Notes under the pieces: model-generated
Database searches by the model: none
Told to the model about the DNA's origin: nothing
What the model saw: the letters and a program-made list of their open reading frames with translations, nothing else
Made by a program: the position numbers and the translations under genes
Source of the DNA: Aliivibrio fischeri ES114
GTDB lineage: Bacteria > Pseudomonadota > Gammaproteobacteria > Enterobacterales > Vibrionaceae
Direction: 5' to 3' (one strand)
DNA: 32,000 nt
Assembly (NCBI RefSeq): GCF_000011805.1
Contig: NC_006840.2
Shown here: piece after piece, positions 1 through 10,414 of the stretch
Numbering within the stretch: position 1 is the stretch's first letter
How the letters are laid out: every line of letters begins with the position of its first letter

Positions 1-21
1 TAAATACACTTTAATTAGAAC

Positions 22-52
22 AAAGGCGAGCCTTAATGGCTCGCCTTTTTTT
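22..52 (+). terminator. Rho-independent terminator of a gene ending upstream of the window
   Basis: Stem GGCGAGCC (25-32) pairs with GGCTCGCC (38-45), 5-nt loop, 7-T run at 46-52. AAA at 22-24 can extend the stem. Confidence 0.6.
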
Positions 53-226
53 GTTTGATTTCTCAAATGTGAAAAGATTAACATTAAGATTACATTGACT
101 TCACATTTGCGGCGTTATTTGTTGGACTTTAATTTAACCATGAGTAATGTGAACTTGCTAATAAATGAATCTATTATAAAAACGATAGTTAGGTATTTAT
201 CTAAATAAAGTTTAATAATCAAGGAG

Positions 227-1159
227 ATGATTGTGTTTAAACGTAATTTTATACTTGCTCTACTCTTTATCATTCCATCAGTTGTTAATGCTGAAAATTA
301 TACTATTGGCACCGGTGGTCAAAGTGGTATTTATTATCCATTTGGAGGTGCATTAGCGAAGGTTTGGACTGAACATGTTCCAGATGTAACAGCAAAAGCA
401 GAGGTGACTGCTGCGTCAGTTGAAAATACCATTAAGGTTGTTCGTGGCGATATGATAGCAGGTATTGCAATGGGGAATGTGGTACTTGATGCCTATAATG
501 GTGAGGGGAAATTTCCACAAAAAATGCCAGTTAAAACCCTTTTTGCACTATACCCAAATTTAGTTCATACCATAACTCTTGAAAAATCTGGTATTACATC
601 ATTATCGCAATTAAAGGGTAAACGAGTGTCTTTAGGCGCTCCTGCAAGTGGTACTGCTGTAACTTCAGCTGCTCTACTTGAGTCTTTAGGTATTGATGTG
701 AAAAAAGACATTAAAGCGGTGTATTTAAACTACTCTGAAACTACGAATGCATTAGCAAACGGACAAATTGATGCTGGTTTTATTGTCGGTGGACAAGGGG
801 TTGGTGCTGTAACACAAATTGCATTAACACATAAAATAAAAGTGCTTTCAATTACACCAGAAGAAAGTGCACTGTTTATGAAAAAGTACCCAGCCTACAG
901 TACATACAATATTCCTGGAGGCGTATATAACAACGTTGATGAAGTGTCGACATTAAGCGTTTGGAATGTATTAGTGGTGAATGCAAAAATGAGTGATGAC
1001 ATGGCATATAACCTGACAAAAGCAGCATATGAAAATATAGGTGACGTTCGTAAAGTTGTAAAAATGGCTGAAATGACAACACCAGAAAATGCAAACAGTT
1101 TACAGGGTGTACCTCTTCATGCGGGAGCTCAAAAATATCTGGATTCAATCTTGAAGTAA
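227..1159 (+). CDS. TRAP transporter solute receptor, TAXI family
   Basis: 310-aa ORF with signal peptide (…FIIPSVVNA|ENY). The N-terminal pattern TIGTGGQSGIYYPFGG is typical of TAXI receptors, and a fused TRAP permease lies directly downstream. SD AAGGAG (221-226) abuts ATG227, so GTG233 may be the real start. Confidence 0.88.
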   Translation: MIVFKRNFILALLFIIPSVVNAENYTIGTGGQSGIYYPFGGALAKVWTEHVPDVTAKAEVTAASVENTIKVVRGDMIAGIAMGNVVLDAYNGEGKFPQKMPVKTLFALYPNLVHTITLEKSGITSLSQLKGKRVSLGAPASGTAVTSAALLESLGIDVKKDIKAVYLNYSETTNALANGQIDAGFIVGGQGVGAVTQIALTHKIKVLSITPEESALFMKKYPAYSTYNIPGGVYNNVDEVSTLSVWNVLVVNAKMSDDMAYNLTKAAYENIGDVRKVVKMAEMTTPENANSLQGVPLHAGAQKYLDSILK

Positions 1160-1186
1160 TTAAACTGTTTTACTCAATATTAAATG

Positions 1187-1220
1187 GAAGGGTAAGAGTT
1201 CTGCTTACCTTTCTTCTTTT
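1187..1220 (+). terminator. Intercistronic hairpin between receptor and permease genes (partial terminator or mRNA stabiliser)
   Basis: GAAGGGTAAG (1187-1196) pairs with CTTACCTTTC (1204-1213) with one G-U pair, 7-nt loop, followed by TTCTTTT. It sits in the 86-bp gap inside the TRAP operon. Confidence 0.4.
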
Positions 1221-1245
1221 CTGACTTTATCCTACAGGCATTAAT

Positions 1246-3156
1246 ATGGACATTATAACTGATAAAAACCAAAGCGATGTCGATGAGTATTTACCTCATG
1301 AAAGAACGGTCACTGTATTTGGATTCTTAATTTTAAGCATTGCTGTTGCATTATCCGCTTTTCAAATATGGCAGGGAATAAGCTCGACAATCTCTGCTAC
1401 TTATTTTAGGCCTATCCACTTATGTTGGGTTCTCATTCTCATCTTTTTGCATTACCCGTTAATTAATAATCGAAAGAGTTCTTTGTATTTAGCTGGGAGA
1501 GTTATCGATCTTATTTTGTGTGGTTTGATTGTTTTTGCTGCTTATCGAATGACGATATTTGATTATAACGATATCAACCATCTCTTTTATGGGTTGCAAT
1601 TACCCGATATGGTTGCGGGTTGTTCATTGATTATTTTATTAATGGAAGGCTGCCGTCGTACTGTTGGATGGGTAATGGTACTTATTGCTGTGTTATTTTT
1701 ATCTTATAGCGCATTTGGAGATATGTTACCTGCAGGTTTCGCAATTAAATCATATACCTTACAAGAGCTTATTCAGTTTCAAATTTTTTCTGCTAACGGC
1801 ATATTTGGTTCTGCATTAGGGATTGCTGCAACCACCGTTTTTGTCTTTGTTTTATTTGGAGCTTTTCTTGAGGTAACCGGGGCCGGGAAATTTTTTATTG
1901 ATTTAGCCTTTTCTATTGCGGGTAAATATCGAGGTGGTCCAGCAAAAGCGGCGGTATTAGCATCGGCCGGATTAGGTTCTATTTCTGGTTCTGCAATTGC
2001 GAACACGGTAACAACCGGTTCGATCACCATTCCAATGATGAAGAAACTCGGTTATAAGCCAGAACAGGCTGCAGGAATAGAAGCCGCTGCATCAACTGGT
2101 GGGCAAATAATGCCACCAATTATGGGGGCTGGGGCATTTGTAATGGCACAATTTACCGGTGTCCCTTATAGCGAGATCATGCTTGCATCTATTGCTCCTG
2201 CAATTTTGTATTTCTTTTGTACCTTGCTCTATGTGCATTTAATGGCATGTAAACTGAATCTTAAAGCAGCAAATCGAACTGAAGCTGTAATGAGTGTTAT
2301 GAAAGAGGGAGCTCATCATTTAATTCCACTAGCATTAATCACAACATTATTGATGATGGCGTATTCTCCATTATTAGTTGGCGTCGCTGGTTGTGCTGCA
2401 ATTTTAGTGACCGCAGCTTTAAGAAAGCACAGCCGAATAGGATTACAAAAATTCATTGAAGGCATGAAAAATGGAGCTTTAATGGCATTACCTATTTCGG
2501 CTGCATGTGGTGCTGCTGGGATAATTGTTGGTGTGGTTGGACAAACCGGAATTGGATTACAGTTTACTCAATTTGTTATGGATTTTTCGGGAGGTTACTT
2601 ACTTATAGCTCTTGGGTTAATAAGTATTGTAGCGTTAGTACTCGGAATGGGGTTACCTGTAACAGCCGCTTATATTGTATTAGCCGTAATGGCGGTTCCG
2701 ATGTTAAGTGACTTTGGTTTATCACTATTAACAGCACATCTTATTGTTTTTTGGTTATCGCAGACATCAAATGTAACGCCACCAATTGCGCTAGCTGCAT
2801 TTGCTGGAGCAGGAGTTGCTAATGCTAATCCAATGAAGTCATCAGTAGAAGCATTTAAATTGGCTGGTGGTTTGTTCATTATTCCAATAATGATGGCATA
2901 TACAAATCTGGTTGATTCTAGTGCAGGAGCTTGGAGTTTAACCTTATCGATTGTGCAAACATTGACGATTATTATAGCGATTGCCGTATCAATTGAAGGG
3001 TATTTATTACGTGTACTAACAACAGCTGAAAGGTTATTGGCTTTCTCTACTATTCCTTTAATTTTGTTAAATCCATTCGGTGCCGGTTTCGTTGGAATTA
3101 TCATTATTGCGGGATTGATATTGACTCAATGGCGAGGAAAACCTCAAGTAACATAA
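1246..3156 (+). CDS. TRAP transporter fused permease (4TM/12TM, DctQ-DctM type)
   Basis: 636-aa polytopic membrane ORF immediately after the TAXI receptor. Its size and Gly/Ala-rich TM pattern fit the fused permease that partners TAXI receptors. Confidence 0.88.
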   Translation: MDIITDKNQSDVDEYLPHERTVTVFGFLILSIAVALSAFQIWQGISSTISATYFRPIHLCWVLILIFLHYPLINNRKSSLYLAGRVIDLILCGLIVFAAYRMTIFDYNDINHLFYGLQLPDMVAGCSLIILLMEGCRRTVGWVMVLIAVLFLSYSAFGDMLPAGFAIKSYTLQELIQFQIFSANGIFGSALGIAATTVFVFVLFGAFLEVTGAGKFFIDLAFSIAGKYRGGPAKAAVLASAGLGSISGSAIANTVTTGSITIPMMKKLGYKPEQAAGIEAAASTGGQIMPPIMGAGAFVMAQFTGVPYSEIMLASIAPAILYFFCTLLYVHLMACKLNLKAANRTEAVMSVMKEGAHHLIPLALITTLLMMAYSPLLVGVAGCAAILVTAALRKHSRIGLQKFIEGMKNGALMALPISAACGAAGIIVGVVGQTGIGLQFTQFVMDFSGGYLLIALGLISIVALVLGMGLPVTAAYIVLAVMAVPMLSDFGLSLLTAHLIVFWLSQTSNVTPPIALAAFAGAGVANANPMKSSVEAFKLAGGLFIIPIMMAYTNLVDSSAGAWSLTLSIVQTLTIIIAIAVSIEGYLLRVLTTAERLLAFSTIPLILLNPFGAGFVGIIIIAGLILTQWRGKPQVT

Positions 3157-3179
3157 AACAGAATTTAGTTTCAGATATT

Positions 3180-3211
3180 AAAGCCCTTAGAGATAAGATC
3201 CTAAGGGCTTT
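3180..3211. terminator. Bidirectional terminator between convergent TRAP permease and chemoreceptor genes
   Basis: AAAGCCCTTAG (3180-3190) pairs with CTAAGGGCTTT (3201-3211), an 11-bp perfect stem, with T-rich sequence after it on the + strand. Confidence 0.7.
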
Positions 3212-3229
3212 TTATTTAAGTACAATTTT

Positions 3230-4873
3230 TTAAATTTTAAAGAATGCCAGCTCTTCTTTTTGTGAAACAGCCAGTTGTGATAGTTCTTTTGCGGCTTGTT
3301 GAGTTTGATTAATCGCAGCTACATTTTGATTAACAAGATCAAAGGTGTTGGTTGTATTTAATGCGATTCGTTCTGTGAGTGTGAACTGCTCTTGAGAGGT
3401 GCTAGCCACTAAGGTGTTCATCTTCGATATAGATTGAACCGAATTCTCAATGTAGCTGAAAGAGGATTTTACATTCTCTGATAAAGCCACAGACTCTTGA
3501 ATAAGCTCCACGTTACTTATCATGTTGTCGTTTGCTTTTTCAGATTGAGCTTGCAATTGAGCGATAATTTCTTGAATACTTTGTGTGGATTCTTGAGTTT
3601 TTGATGCAAGATTACGAACCTCATCAGCAACCACGGCAAAGCCTCGACCATATTCACCAGCACGAGCCGCCTCAATTGCAGCATTAAGTGCTAATAAATT
3701 TGTTTGGTCTGAAATGGTACTGATAACTGCAGTTACTTCCCCAATGTCCATTGCATTGGTTTTTAGCTCAGCAATCATACTCGCTGTTAGTTGTACAGAT
3801 TCATTGATTTTTTGAGTTAAATGAATCGATTCATCTAAGGTTTGGTTGCCTTGAGAAACACTGTCTATCGCTTTACTCACTTCTTCTTCAGCGTGAACTG
3901 CATTAGATGTTACTTCTTTTGACGTTGTCGATAGCTCACTGATTGCGTGTGAAATCTCTTCAACTTGGGCTAATTCATGTTGAGCATTATTTGCTGTGTT
4001 TTGCATCACCTCAGTTAGCTGTTCTGATGATGTTGCAACGTGAGTTGAAATATCACTGCTATTTCTGATTGCAGCGCCGACTTTTTCATTAAGAATAATT
4101 AATGAATTGTAGATGCCAACCGCACTTGAAGCGTTATTAAAACGTTGGGATAGATTACCTTCAGAGATCTTCTTAATCATCTCAGATAGCTCCCAAGGTT
4201 CACCACCTAAAGAAACTCTAAAACTACGCTCGATAATCAAACCAATAAATAATGAGGTAGCTAAAGCAAACATGCTAAGAATTAGCATTAATTGTTGGAA
4301 GCCACCAGCAACATTTCTTGCTTCAGGTGTAAGGATTTGGTTTCGGGTTTCTTGATAATCAATAAACTGGTTAATGTCATCTAGCCATTGAATAAACGCC
4401 GGTCTAATCGAGTCTAAAACAACATCAGTAGTGAGTTTACCTGACTTTTTATCACGAATAACTTGGTCGATTAACGGTAATGTCGTTTTTTGAATTTTTT
4501 CGATATTAGCTAAAATGCTGAGTTCTTCACTGGTAAATGCGATACCATCTTGGCGCATTTTTTTCATTTGTGCTTCTGAATCACGATAGAAGGTTTGTAA
4601 TCGGTTAATCTCTTTTTCTAAATGTGATATTTCTTGTGGGGTTCTTGCGATAGCAATATCTCTAATAGCAATTGCACGGTCATGTACACTGCCACGGTAA
4701 TTGATTGCATAGCGTTGTTTAACTGAATTAATGTCAGTCATTTCAGTTAAAGTATGATCAATAATATTTACTTTTTGTATTCCTAAAATGGTAAGTAGAA
4801 GCATTAGGAATAAAGTAATACCAAATCCTATTATTAAGCGAGCGCGAATAGTTAGCTTTGAAAATTTGTCCAA
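3230..4873 (-). CDS. Methyl-accepting chemotaxis protein, four-helix-bundle (4HB_MCP) sensor
   Basis: 547 aa: TM1, a periplasmic region with [19 protein letters not shown] (4HB_MCP pattern), TM2, HAMP, and a signalling domain with tip motif [30 protein letters not shown]. Confidence 0.9.
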   Translation of the reverse strand: MDKFSKLTIRARLIIGFGITLFLMLLLTILGIQKVNIIDHTLTEMTDINSVKQRYAINYRGSVHDRAIAIRDIAIARTPQEISHLEKEINRLQTFYRDSEAQMKKMRQDGIAFTSEELSILANIEKIQKTTLPLIDQVIRDKKSGKLTTDVVLDSIRPAFIQWLDDINQFIDYQETRNQILTPEARNVAGGFQQLMLILSMFALATSLFIGLIIERSFRVSLGGEPWELSEMIKKISEGNLSQRFNNASSAVGIYNSLIILNEKVGAAIRNSSDISTHVATSSEQLTEVMQNTANNAQHELAQVEEISHAISELSTTSKEVTSNAVHAEEEVSKAIDSVSQGNQTLDESIHLTQKINESVQLTASMIAELKTNAMDIGEVTAVISTISDQTNLLALNAAIEAARAGEYGRGFAVVADEVRNLASKTQESTQSIQEIIAQLQAQSEKANDNMISNVELIQESVALSENVKSSFSYIENSVQSISKMNTLVASTSQEQFTLTERIALNTTNTFDLVNQNVAAINQTQQAAKELSQLAVSQKEELAFFKI

Positions 4874-5097
4874 AATATATACTCTTATTTATTGTTTAAA
4901 TTGTGGGGGTATATTTTTCGTTTGTAAGTGTAATATCGAAAAATAGTGTTGAGCGACCCTTAAATCTAGTATCTAATTTTATATGCCTAATTTAAAGGCT
5001 TAATAAGCGTATTTTTTGGTATATTTTTTTAATGAAATGATGATGTTAAGTTACGTTATTATTTTCATAACTTATAATGGAAGGTAATAACTGAATC

Positions 5098-5121
5098 GCC
5101 CACTTGAGTTAACAAGTGGGC
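5098..5121 (-). terminator. Hairpin downstream of the NIT chemoreceptor gene (terminator-like, no clear U-tract)
   Basis: GCCCACTTG (5098-5106) pairs with CAAGTGGGC (5113-5121), 9-bp perfect stem, 6-nt loop, 8 nt after the stop codon on the - strand. No T-run follows on that strand. Confidence 0.35.
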
Positions 5122-5129
5122 ATGATAGG

Positions 5130-7136
5130 TTAACTTAATTTAAATAAAGCGATTTCAGATTTCTGCTGGTCAGCGAGTTTTGCCAACTCTTGGCTTACTA
5201 GTTGTGTTTGATGAATTGATGATACATTTTCATTGACTAAATCAAATGTGCGAGTTGTATTTTTAGCGATATCTTCAGTAACAGAATATTGTTCTTGAGA
5301 AGCCGTGGCTACTAATGTATTGATATCTGAGATGGCTTGAACTGAGTTTTCTATATCATTGAAAGACAGTTTCACATCTTCAGCTAATACAACTGATTGT
5401 TGAATTAACGTAACATTTTCAATCATATTATTATTTGCTTTTTCTGATTGATATTGAAGCTTTGAAATAATTTCTTGAATATGTTGTGTAGATTGTTGTG
5501 TTTTAGCTGCTAGGTTACGTACCTCATCAGCAACGACGGCAAAGCCTCGACCTTGTTCGCCGGCTCTTGCTGCTTCAATGGCAGCATTTAGGGCAAGAAG
5601 ATTAGTTTGATCTGAAATAGAGCTGATCACATTAGTCACTTCACCAATGTTAACTGTATTTGCTCTTAATTCTTCAATCATTGATGCTGTTTGTTGAACA
5701 GAATCATTAATACTACGAGTTAAAGACATCGAATTTTCTAAATGCTGTTTACCAATATCGACATTATTAATAGCTGATTGAGCTTCTTCTTCAGCATGGG
5801 TCGCATTGGTCGTTACTTCTTTAGATGTACTCGATAGCTCACTGATTGCCGTTGAAATTTCTTCTACTTGCGCCAACTCATGCTGAGAGTTATTTGCGGT
5901 TACTTCCATTACTACATTGGATTCTTCTGCACTGGTGGCCAGTTGGGTGCTACCAATATCCATTTTTTGTAAAACCGAATGAAACTCAGCGAGCATTTCA
6001 TTTAAATATTTAGTACTCACACCTAATTCATCTTCAGATAATACTTTAGCCCTTATGGTTAAATCTTTATCTTTAGATACCGTTTCAATTACTTGTGATA
6101 GCTGTACAGCTTGGCCAATTAATAGTTTAGATATAATGACTGATGAAACGATAGTAATAGATAAAATAAGCAAGATAATGAATAGGCTTGAATAAATAGC
6201 CGTATTAACTTCACTATTTAGACGTGAGATTACTTTCTCAATATCATCAACCAGTAAATCTTCGTATTGTTTAAATTCATTAATTCGATTCGTAGAGGCT
6301 TGATACCATTCGCTGCCTGATACAGTAAATTTACCAGAAACATATTGCGCATTTACCATGTCACGGATGTTCGATACTTTTTGTGAAATGGAATCAGAGA
6401 GTATTTTATTTAAAGCATCAACTTGCTCAGAGGTTGCGTATTCGACGAATGTAGCAAGGTAGGCATTTTGAGTTGAATCAAGTGCTACAAATGTTTTGTA
6501 TAAGGTTAAAGGGACAGGACCAGAACTTGATAAAATGTTATTTAAGCTGGCGCGTTCTTTTCCTGCTGATTCTTTGATCTCTAAAAATAATGAATAGTTT
6601 CTCAAATGAGGTGTTAGTGTTCGCTCAGTTGATGTTTTAACGATCATATTACTTAAAGATAAGAACAGTCGGTTAATATCCGTATAATATTTTGCTGCAT
6701 TTGATGCTGATATTGTCAAATTATCAACATTATTACGAATAGTGTCTAATTGATTTAATTGCGTAAATATTGTCTGCATATCGTTATACACGGCAATATT
6801 TGTTTTTTGTATCGATTGTGCTTTTTCTTTTAATGATTGTAGATACGTATTTAGTACAGAATCGGTTTCTTTTCGTTGCTCAAGCATTTCACTTTTAAAG
6901 TTTACCCCTTTTGAACTAACAAATCCTGCAGTAGAGCCACGTTCTTTTTGAAGTTCGTGAACAATTAAACTGCCTTCAATTGAAATATCGGTCATTGAAG
7001 TAATGTCTTGCAGTTCAGAACGTAGTGAAACGGTTTTGTATAGGGTATCAAGTGAAAAGAAGAGCATCCCAATAATCGGAAGGGTAATGATTAAAAGGAT
7101 TTTTTGCTTAAACGAGAGTTTTTTTATGAAATTCAT
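5130..7136 (-). CDS. Methyl-accepting chemotaxis protein with periplasmic NIT (nitrate/nitrite-sensing type) domain
   Basis: 668 aa: TM1, a ~285-aa periplasmic domain containing [18 protein letters not shown]…EQRKETD (NIT-domain signature), TM2, HAMP, and a signalling domain with [30 protein letters not shown]. Confidence 0.88.
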   Translation of the reverse strand: MNFIKKLSFKQKILLIITLPIIGMLFFSLDTLYKTVSLRSELQDITSMTDISIEGSLIVHELQKERGSTAGFVSSKGVNFKSEMLEQRKETDSVLNTYLQSLKEKAQSIQKTNIAVYNDMQTIFTQLNQLDTIRNNVDNLTISASNAAKYYTDINRLFLSLSNMIVKTSTERTLTPHLRNYSLFLEIKESAGKERASLNNILSSSGPVPLTLYKTFVALDSTQNAYLATFVEYATSEQVDALNKILSDSISQKVSNIRDMVNAQYVSGKFTVSGSEWYQASTNRINEFKQYEDLLVDDIEKVISRLNSEVNTAIYSSLFIILLILSITIVSSVIISKLLIGQAVQLSQVIETVSKDKDLTIRAKVLSEDELGVSTKYLNEMLAEFHSVLQKMDIGSTQLATSAEESNVVMEVTANNSQHELAQVEEISTAISELSSTSKEVTTNATHAEEEAQSAINNVDIGKQHLENSMSLTRSINDSVQQTASMIEELRANTVNIGEVTNVISSISDQTNLLALNAAIEAARAGEQGRGFAVVADEVRNLAAKTQQSTQHIQEIISKLQYQSEKANNNMIENVTLIQQSVVLAEDVKLSFNDIENSVQAISDINTLVATASQEQYSVTEDIAKNTTRTFDLVNENVSSIHQTQLVSQELAKLADQQKSEIALFKLS

Positions 7137-7526
7137 GATGCTTAATCTTCGTAAATAATATTTTTTGGTTATTAGTATTTGTCAATTGCATTGTGTTAGC
7201 TTTACGTGTTTTTTTCATATTTCGTTTTGCTTTCTCAAAAGCAAGAATATTTTATATGATTAGCATTTAATCTTATCTACCACTTTGGGGTGATTATTTA
7301 TACTAAAATCAACTGAAATCATTGTTAATAATAGATTTTATGAAGGTGTTAGTTTTTTATTTTAGATGGCTTAAGATGGGGAAAATTTCAATTTTATTCT
7401 TAATATGGACTAGGTGAATCGCTGTAAAATCAATAACAAATATTCGAGATTATTTATAACCACTGCTACCTTTTAATATAGATATAAATAAAAAGAGTAA
7501 GCTCTATATTTTAAGGAGTTCATATT

Positions 7527-8627
7527 ATGCAGGGAGATAGGGTAAAGCGCTTGTGGTGTAAAGGAGTGATACGTTTATTCTCAATTCTATTGATTTTTAG
7601 TTCTTTTTTTGTACAAGCACAGCCGCAATTAAAGGTGGGTGCTTATCATTGTCCTCCATTTATTTTTGAATCTAGCGAAGAGCAGTATGACGGTTTGAGT
7701 ATGATTCTTTGGCAACGTATTGCTGAAATCATGCAAGTTGAATACAAGGTAAGTCATTATGGGCTTCAAGAGTTACTTAGTGCGGCTGAAGTGGGTGAAA
7801 TAGACGTAGGTGTTTCATGCATATCAATAACCCCTGACCGTGAAGAACATGTCGATTTTTCCCATTCCTTTTATGAAACTCACCTTGCCATAGCGGTTAA
7901 AAATCGAAGTTATCTTGATTCATTTATTAGCATTATTACTAATAAAACCTTATGGAAGGCTATTTGTCTCTTCTTATTTGTAGCGATCTCAGTAGGTACT
8001 TTTTATTACTTATTAGAGCGTAAAAATAACGATAAATTATATTCGATGCCAACCAAACGAGGACGCATAGCTGAAGCGTTTATTTTAGGGGTGTTGTTTA
8101 TTACTAAAGGGCCATTTAATTATTTTGAATTTAAAACATTGTCGGCAAGAGTGGTAACGGTATTAATTGCCATGTTTTCTACCGTATTTATCGCTAGTAT
8201 CACAGCAGTACTAGCAAGTTCACTCACATTAGAGCAGTTAAGGTTTGATGTAAAAGGCATCAATGATTTATCAAAAGTAAAAACGGGTGCGAAGCAAGGA
8301 ACTACCGCTTCATTACTACTGAGTAATCACAGCATTGCCCACGATACCTACAAAGATATGGATGCGCTTTTATTGGCTCTTGAAAAAGGTCAATTAGATG
8401 CCGTTGTCGCTGATGATGCTGTATTGCGATATATGATTAAGAAAGGAAAGGGAAAAGACTTATTTTTAGATTTAACGGTATTACCATATCAGTTAGAGAA
8501 GCAAAATTACGGTTTAGTATTAATTGAAAATAGTCCTTATGAAGAGAAAATTAATCGAGCACTATTACAAGTTCGAGAAACCAACGAATGGCATCAAATA
8601 CTATTAGAGTATTTTGCTGAAAAATAA
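7527..8627 (+). CDS. Ionotropic-glutamate-receptor-like ligand-gated channel (S1-M1-P-M3-S2, GluR0-type topology)
   Basis: SD AAGGAG lies upstream of ATG7527, followed by a signal peptide (…FFVQA|QPQ). A binding-protein fold is split by three hydrophobic segments (aa 142-163, 181-200, 205-235). SITAVLASSLT resembles the iGluR gate motif [11 protein letters not shown], and ISITPDREEHVDFSHSF resembles the iGluR S1 ligand-binding segment. Confidence 0.8.
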   Translation: MQGDRVKRLWCKGVIRLFSILLIFSSFFVQAQPQLKVGAYHCPPFIFESSEEQYDGLSMILWQRIAEIMQVEYKVSHYGLQELLSAAEVGEIDVGVSCISITPDREEHVDFSHSFYETHLAIAVKNRSYLDSFISIITNKTLWKAICLFLFVAISVGTFYYLLERKNNDKLYSMPTKRGRIAEAFILGVLFITKGPFNYFEFKTLSARVVTVLIAMFSTVFIASITAVLASSLTLEQLRFDVKGINDLSKVKTGAKQGTTASLLLSNHSIAHDTYKDMDALLLALEKGQLDAVVADDAVLRYMIKKGKGKDLFLDLTVLPYQLEKQNYGLVLIENSPYEEKINRALLQVRETNEWHQILLEYFAEK

Positions 8628-8715
8628 CAGAATTTGTGAGTAAAAAGTATCAGGTTTAGGTTGTGTCACGTATTATTGAAATTGCGACAATATAGAGTGA
8701 ATTTAGGAGTAATTG

Positions 8716-9417
8716 ATGTCGAGTATGTACACAACATTCGCAGAGCAATATGACAATGTGGTTCAGGATAATATTTATAATGCATACCTAGAAAGACCGT
8801 CACTCCAGGCTATGTTAGGTGATGTGAACGGTTGTGATGTGATTGATCTTGGCTGTGGCTCTGGTGTCTATGCCGATTATTTTATTCATCGTGGGGTAGC
8901 AAAGCTAACTTGTATCGATTACTCACCCAATATGATTGAAATTGTTAAGCGAAAATTTGGTGATCGAGTTACCGCTTATGCACAAGATGCGTCTATTGGG
9001 TTAATAAAAGAAGCAAGTGAAAGCGCTGATTTGATTATTTCGCCACTGATGATTCATTATTTAGAAGACCTCTCGGTACTTTTTAATGATGTTGCTCGTG
9101 TTTTAAAAAATGGTGGAAACTTTGCTTTTTCTACTCATCATCCGTTTGCTGACTTTGAATGCACATTATCAGGAAACTATTTTGAAAGAGAATTCATTAC
9201 TGAAATGTGGAATACCGTTGGCGAGCCAGTTGAAGTGACATTCTATCGTCGTTCATTAACAGAAATAATGAATGCGATTACAGACAGTGGTTTAGTTGTA
9301 ACGCAGTTATCCGAAGGTAAAGTGGCTGAAGAAGTAAAACAGATATCTCTAGAAAAATATGAGTATTTATCTAAAAACCCTAATTTCATTTTTATAAAAT
9401 GCCAAAAGCTAGTTTAG
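8716..9417 (+). CDS. Class I SAM-dependent methyltransferase
   Basis: Motif I VIDLGCGSGVY. ATG8716 is preceded by AGGAG (8705-8709). The ORF track begins one codon earlier at TTG8713. Confidence 0.85.
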   Translation: MSSMYTTFAEQYDNVVQDNIYNAYLERPSLQAMLGDVNGCDVIDLGCGSGVYADYFIHRGVAKLTCIDYSPNMIEIVKRKFGDRVTAYAQDASIGLIKEASESADLIISPLMIHYLEDLSVLFNDVARVLKNGGNFAFSTHHPFADFECTLSGNYFEREFITEMWNTVGEPVEVTFYRRSLTEIMNAITDSGLVVTQLSEGKVAEEVKQISLEKYEYLSKNPNFIFIKCQKLV

Positions 9418-9478
9418 TCTTACCATCTAGTGTTACTATCTGCGCCCCAATTTTCCTTTGAGTTTGAGGAGCAGATAG

Positions 9479-10414
9479 ATGCATGACCGAGCGAGTCAAA
9501 TGGTGATATTTTACGCCTTAGCGAAAGCTGGGAGTTTTACTGCTGCAGCAAAGCAAATGGGCGTATCAACCTCACATGTCAGTAAGCAGCTTGGTGCTTT
9601 AGAAGAAACGCTTAATCTAAAATTGGTGCATAGAACAACACGCTCTCTTATTTTAACGGATGCGGGACAACAGTTTTTTCTGTATTGCGAGACCATTTAT
9701 AATGCAATGACAGAAGCAAGTGCCATTATGGATGATGAACGAGATGAAGTCGCAGGTATTCTACGTTTAGGTTTATCCCAATCTTTTGGCACTATGCATA
9801 TCATTCCGGCTATTGATAAGTTGCGAAACCAATACCCTGATTTACAAGTTGAAGTTCGCTTATTTGATCATCAAGCTGACATGTTAAAAGATGGTTTAGA
9901 TTTATGGGTAACTAATTTTGAAGACTTGCCTGAAGGTTATGTTGCACAGCGTTTAGCTGATTCTAATTTTGTTTTAGCGGCATCTCCTGATTACCTTATT
10001 GATAAAAAAGTTCCGCATCATCCTTTGGATCTTGTTGAACATAATTGTCTTACTTACCAGAGTCGCTATCGTGATTACAGTAATTGGGATTTTAGTAAGG
10101 GTAATGAATCTCTATGCGTAAAGGTATCTGGTAATTATCGAGTTGATTTAGCTGAGGCTGTTAGAGATGCAACCATATCAGGGTGGGGCATTGCTTATTT
10201 AGCCAGTTATTTGCTAACTAATGAGTTTAATGATGGAAAACTCATTCAATTATTACCGGGTTGGAAAGCAAGTCAGAAAATGCCGATTTATGCGGTATAT
10301 CCAAGTCGAAAACACCTTCCAAGAAAGATAAGTGCGGTCATCGATTTTCTTCGAGAACATATAGGCCAACCGCCATATTGGGATAAAGCACTCATGAAGC
10401 GAGTGAAGTTGTAA
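9479..10414 (+). CDS. LysR-family transcriptional regulator
   Basis: N-terminal HTH (FTAAAKQMGVSTSHVSKQLGALEETLNLKLVHRTTRSLILTDAGQ) plus a ~200-aa LysR-type effector domain. SD GAGGAG lies upstream. Confidence 0.9.
   Translation: MHDRASQMVIFYALAKAGSFTAAAKQMGVSTSHVSKQLGALEETLNLKLVHRTTRSLILTDAGQQFFLYCETIYNAMTEASAIMDDERDEVAGILRLGLSQSFGTMHIIPAIDKLRNQYPDLQVEVRLFDHQADMLKDGLDLWVTNFEDLPEGYVAQRLADSNFVLAASPDYLIDKKVPHHPLDLVEHNCLTYQSRYRDYSNWDFSKGNESLCVKVSGNYRVDLAEAVRDATISGWGIAYLASYLLTNEFNDGKLIQLLPGWKASQKMPIYAVYPSRKHLPRKISAVIDFLREHIGQPPYWDKALMKRVKL

Noticed and set aside
876-4355. Antisense or alternative-frame ORFs within the TAXI, TRAP permease and MCP genes (876-1148, 1779-2030, 2505-2711, 2670-3104, 4113-4355)
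   Set aside because: Each lies fully inside a longer ORF with clear family identity, and none has a motif or ribosome-binding site.
4874-5129. Sigma28 (FliA) promoter upstream of the 4HB chemoreceptor
   Set aside because: I looked on the - strand for TAAA-N15-GCCGATAA and found only a weak CGATAT fragment without a matching -35. That is not enough to call.
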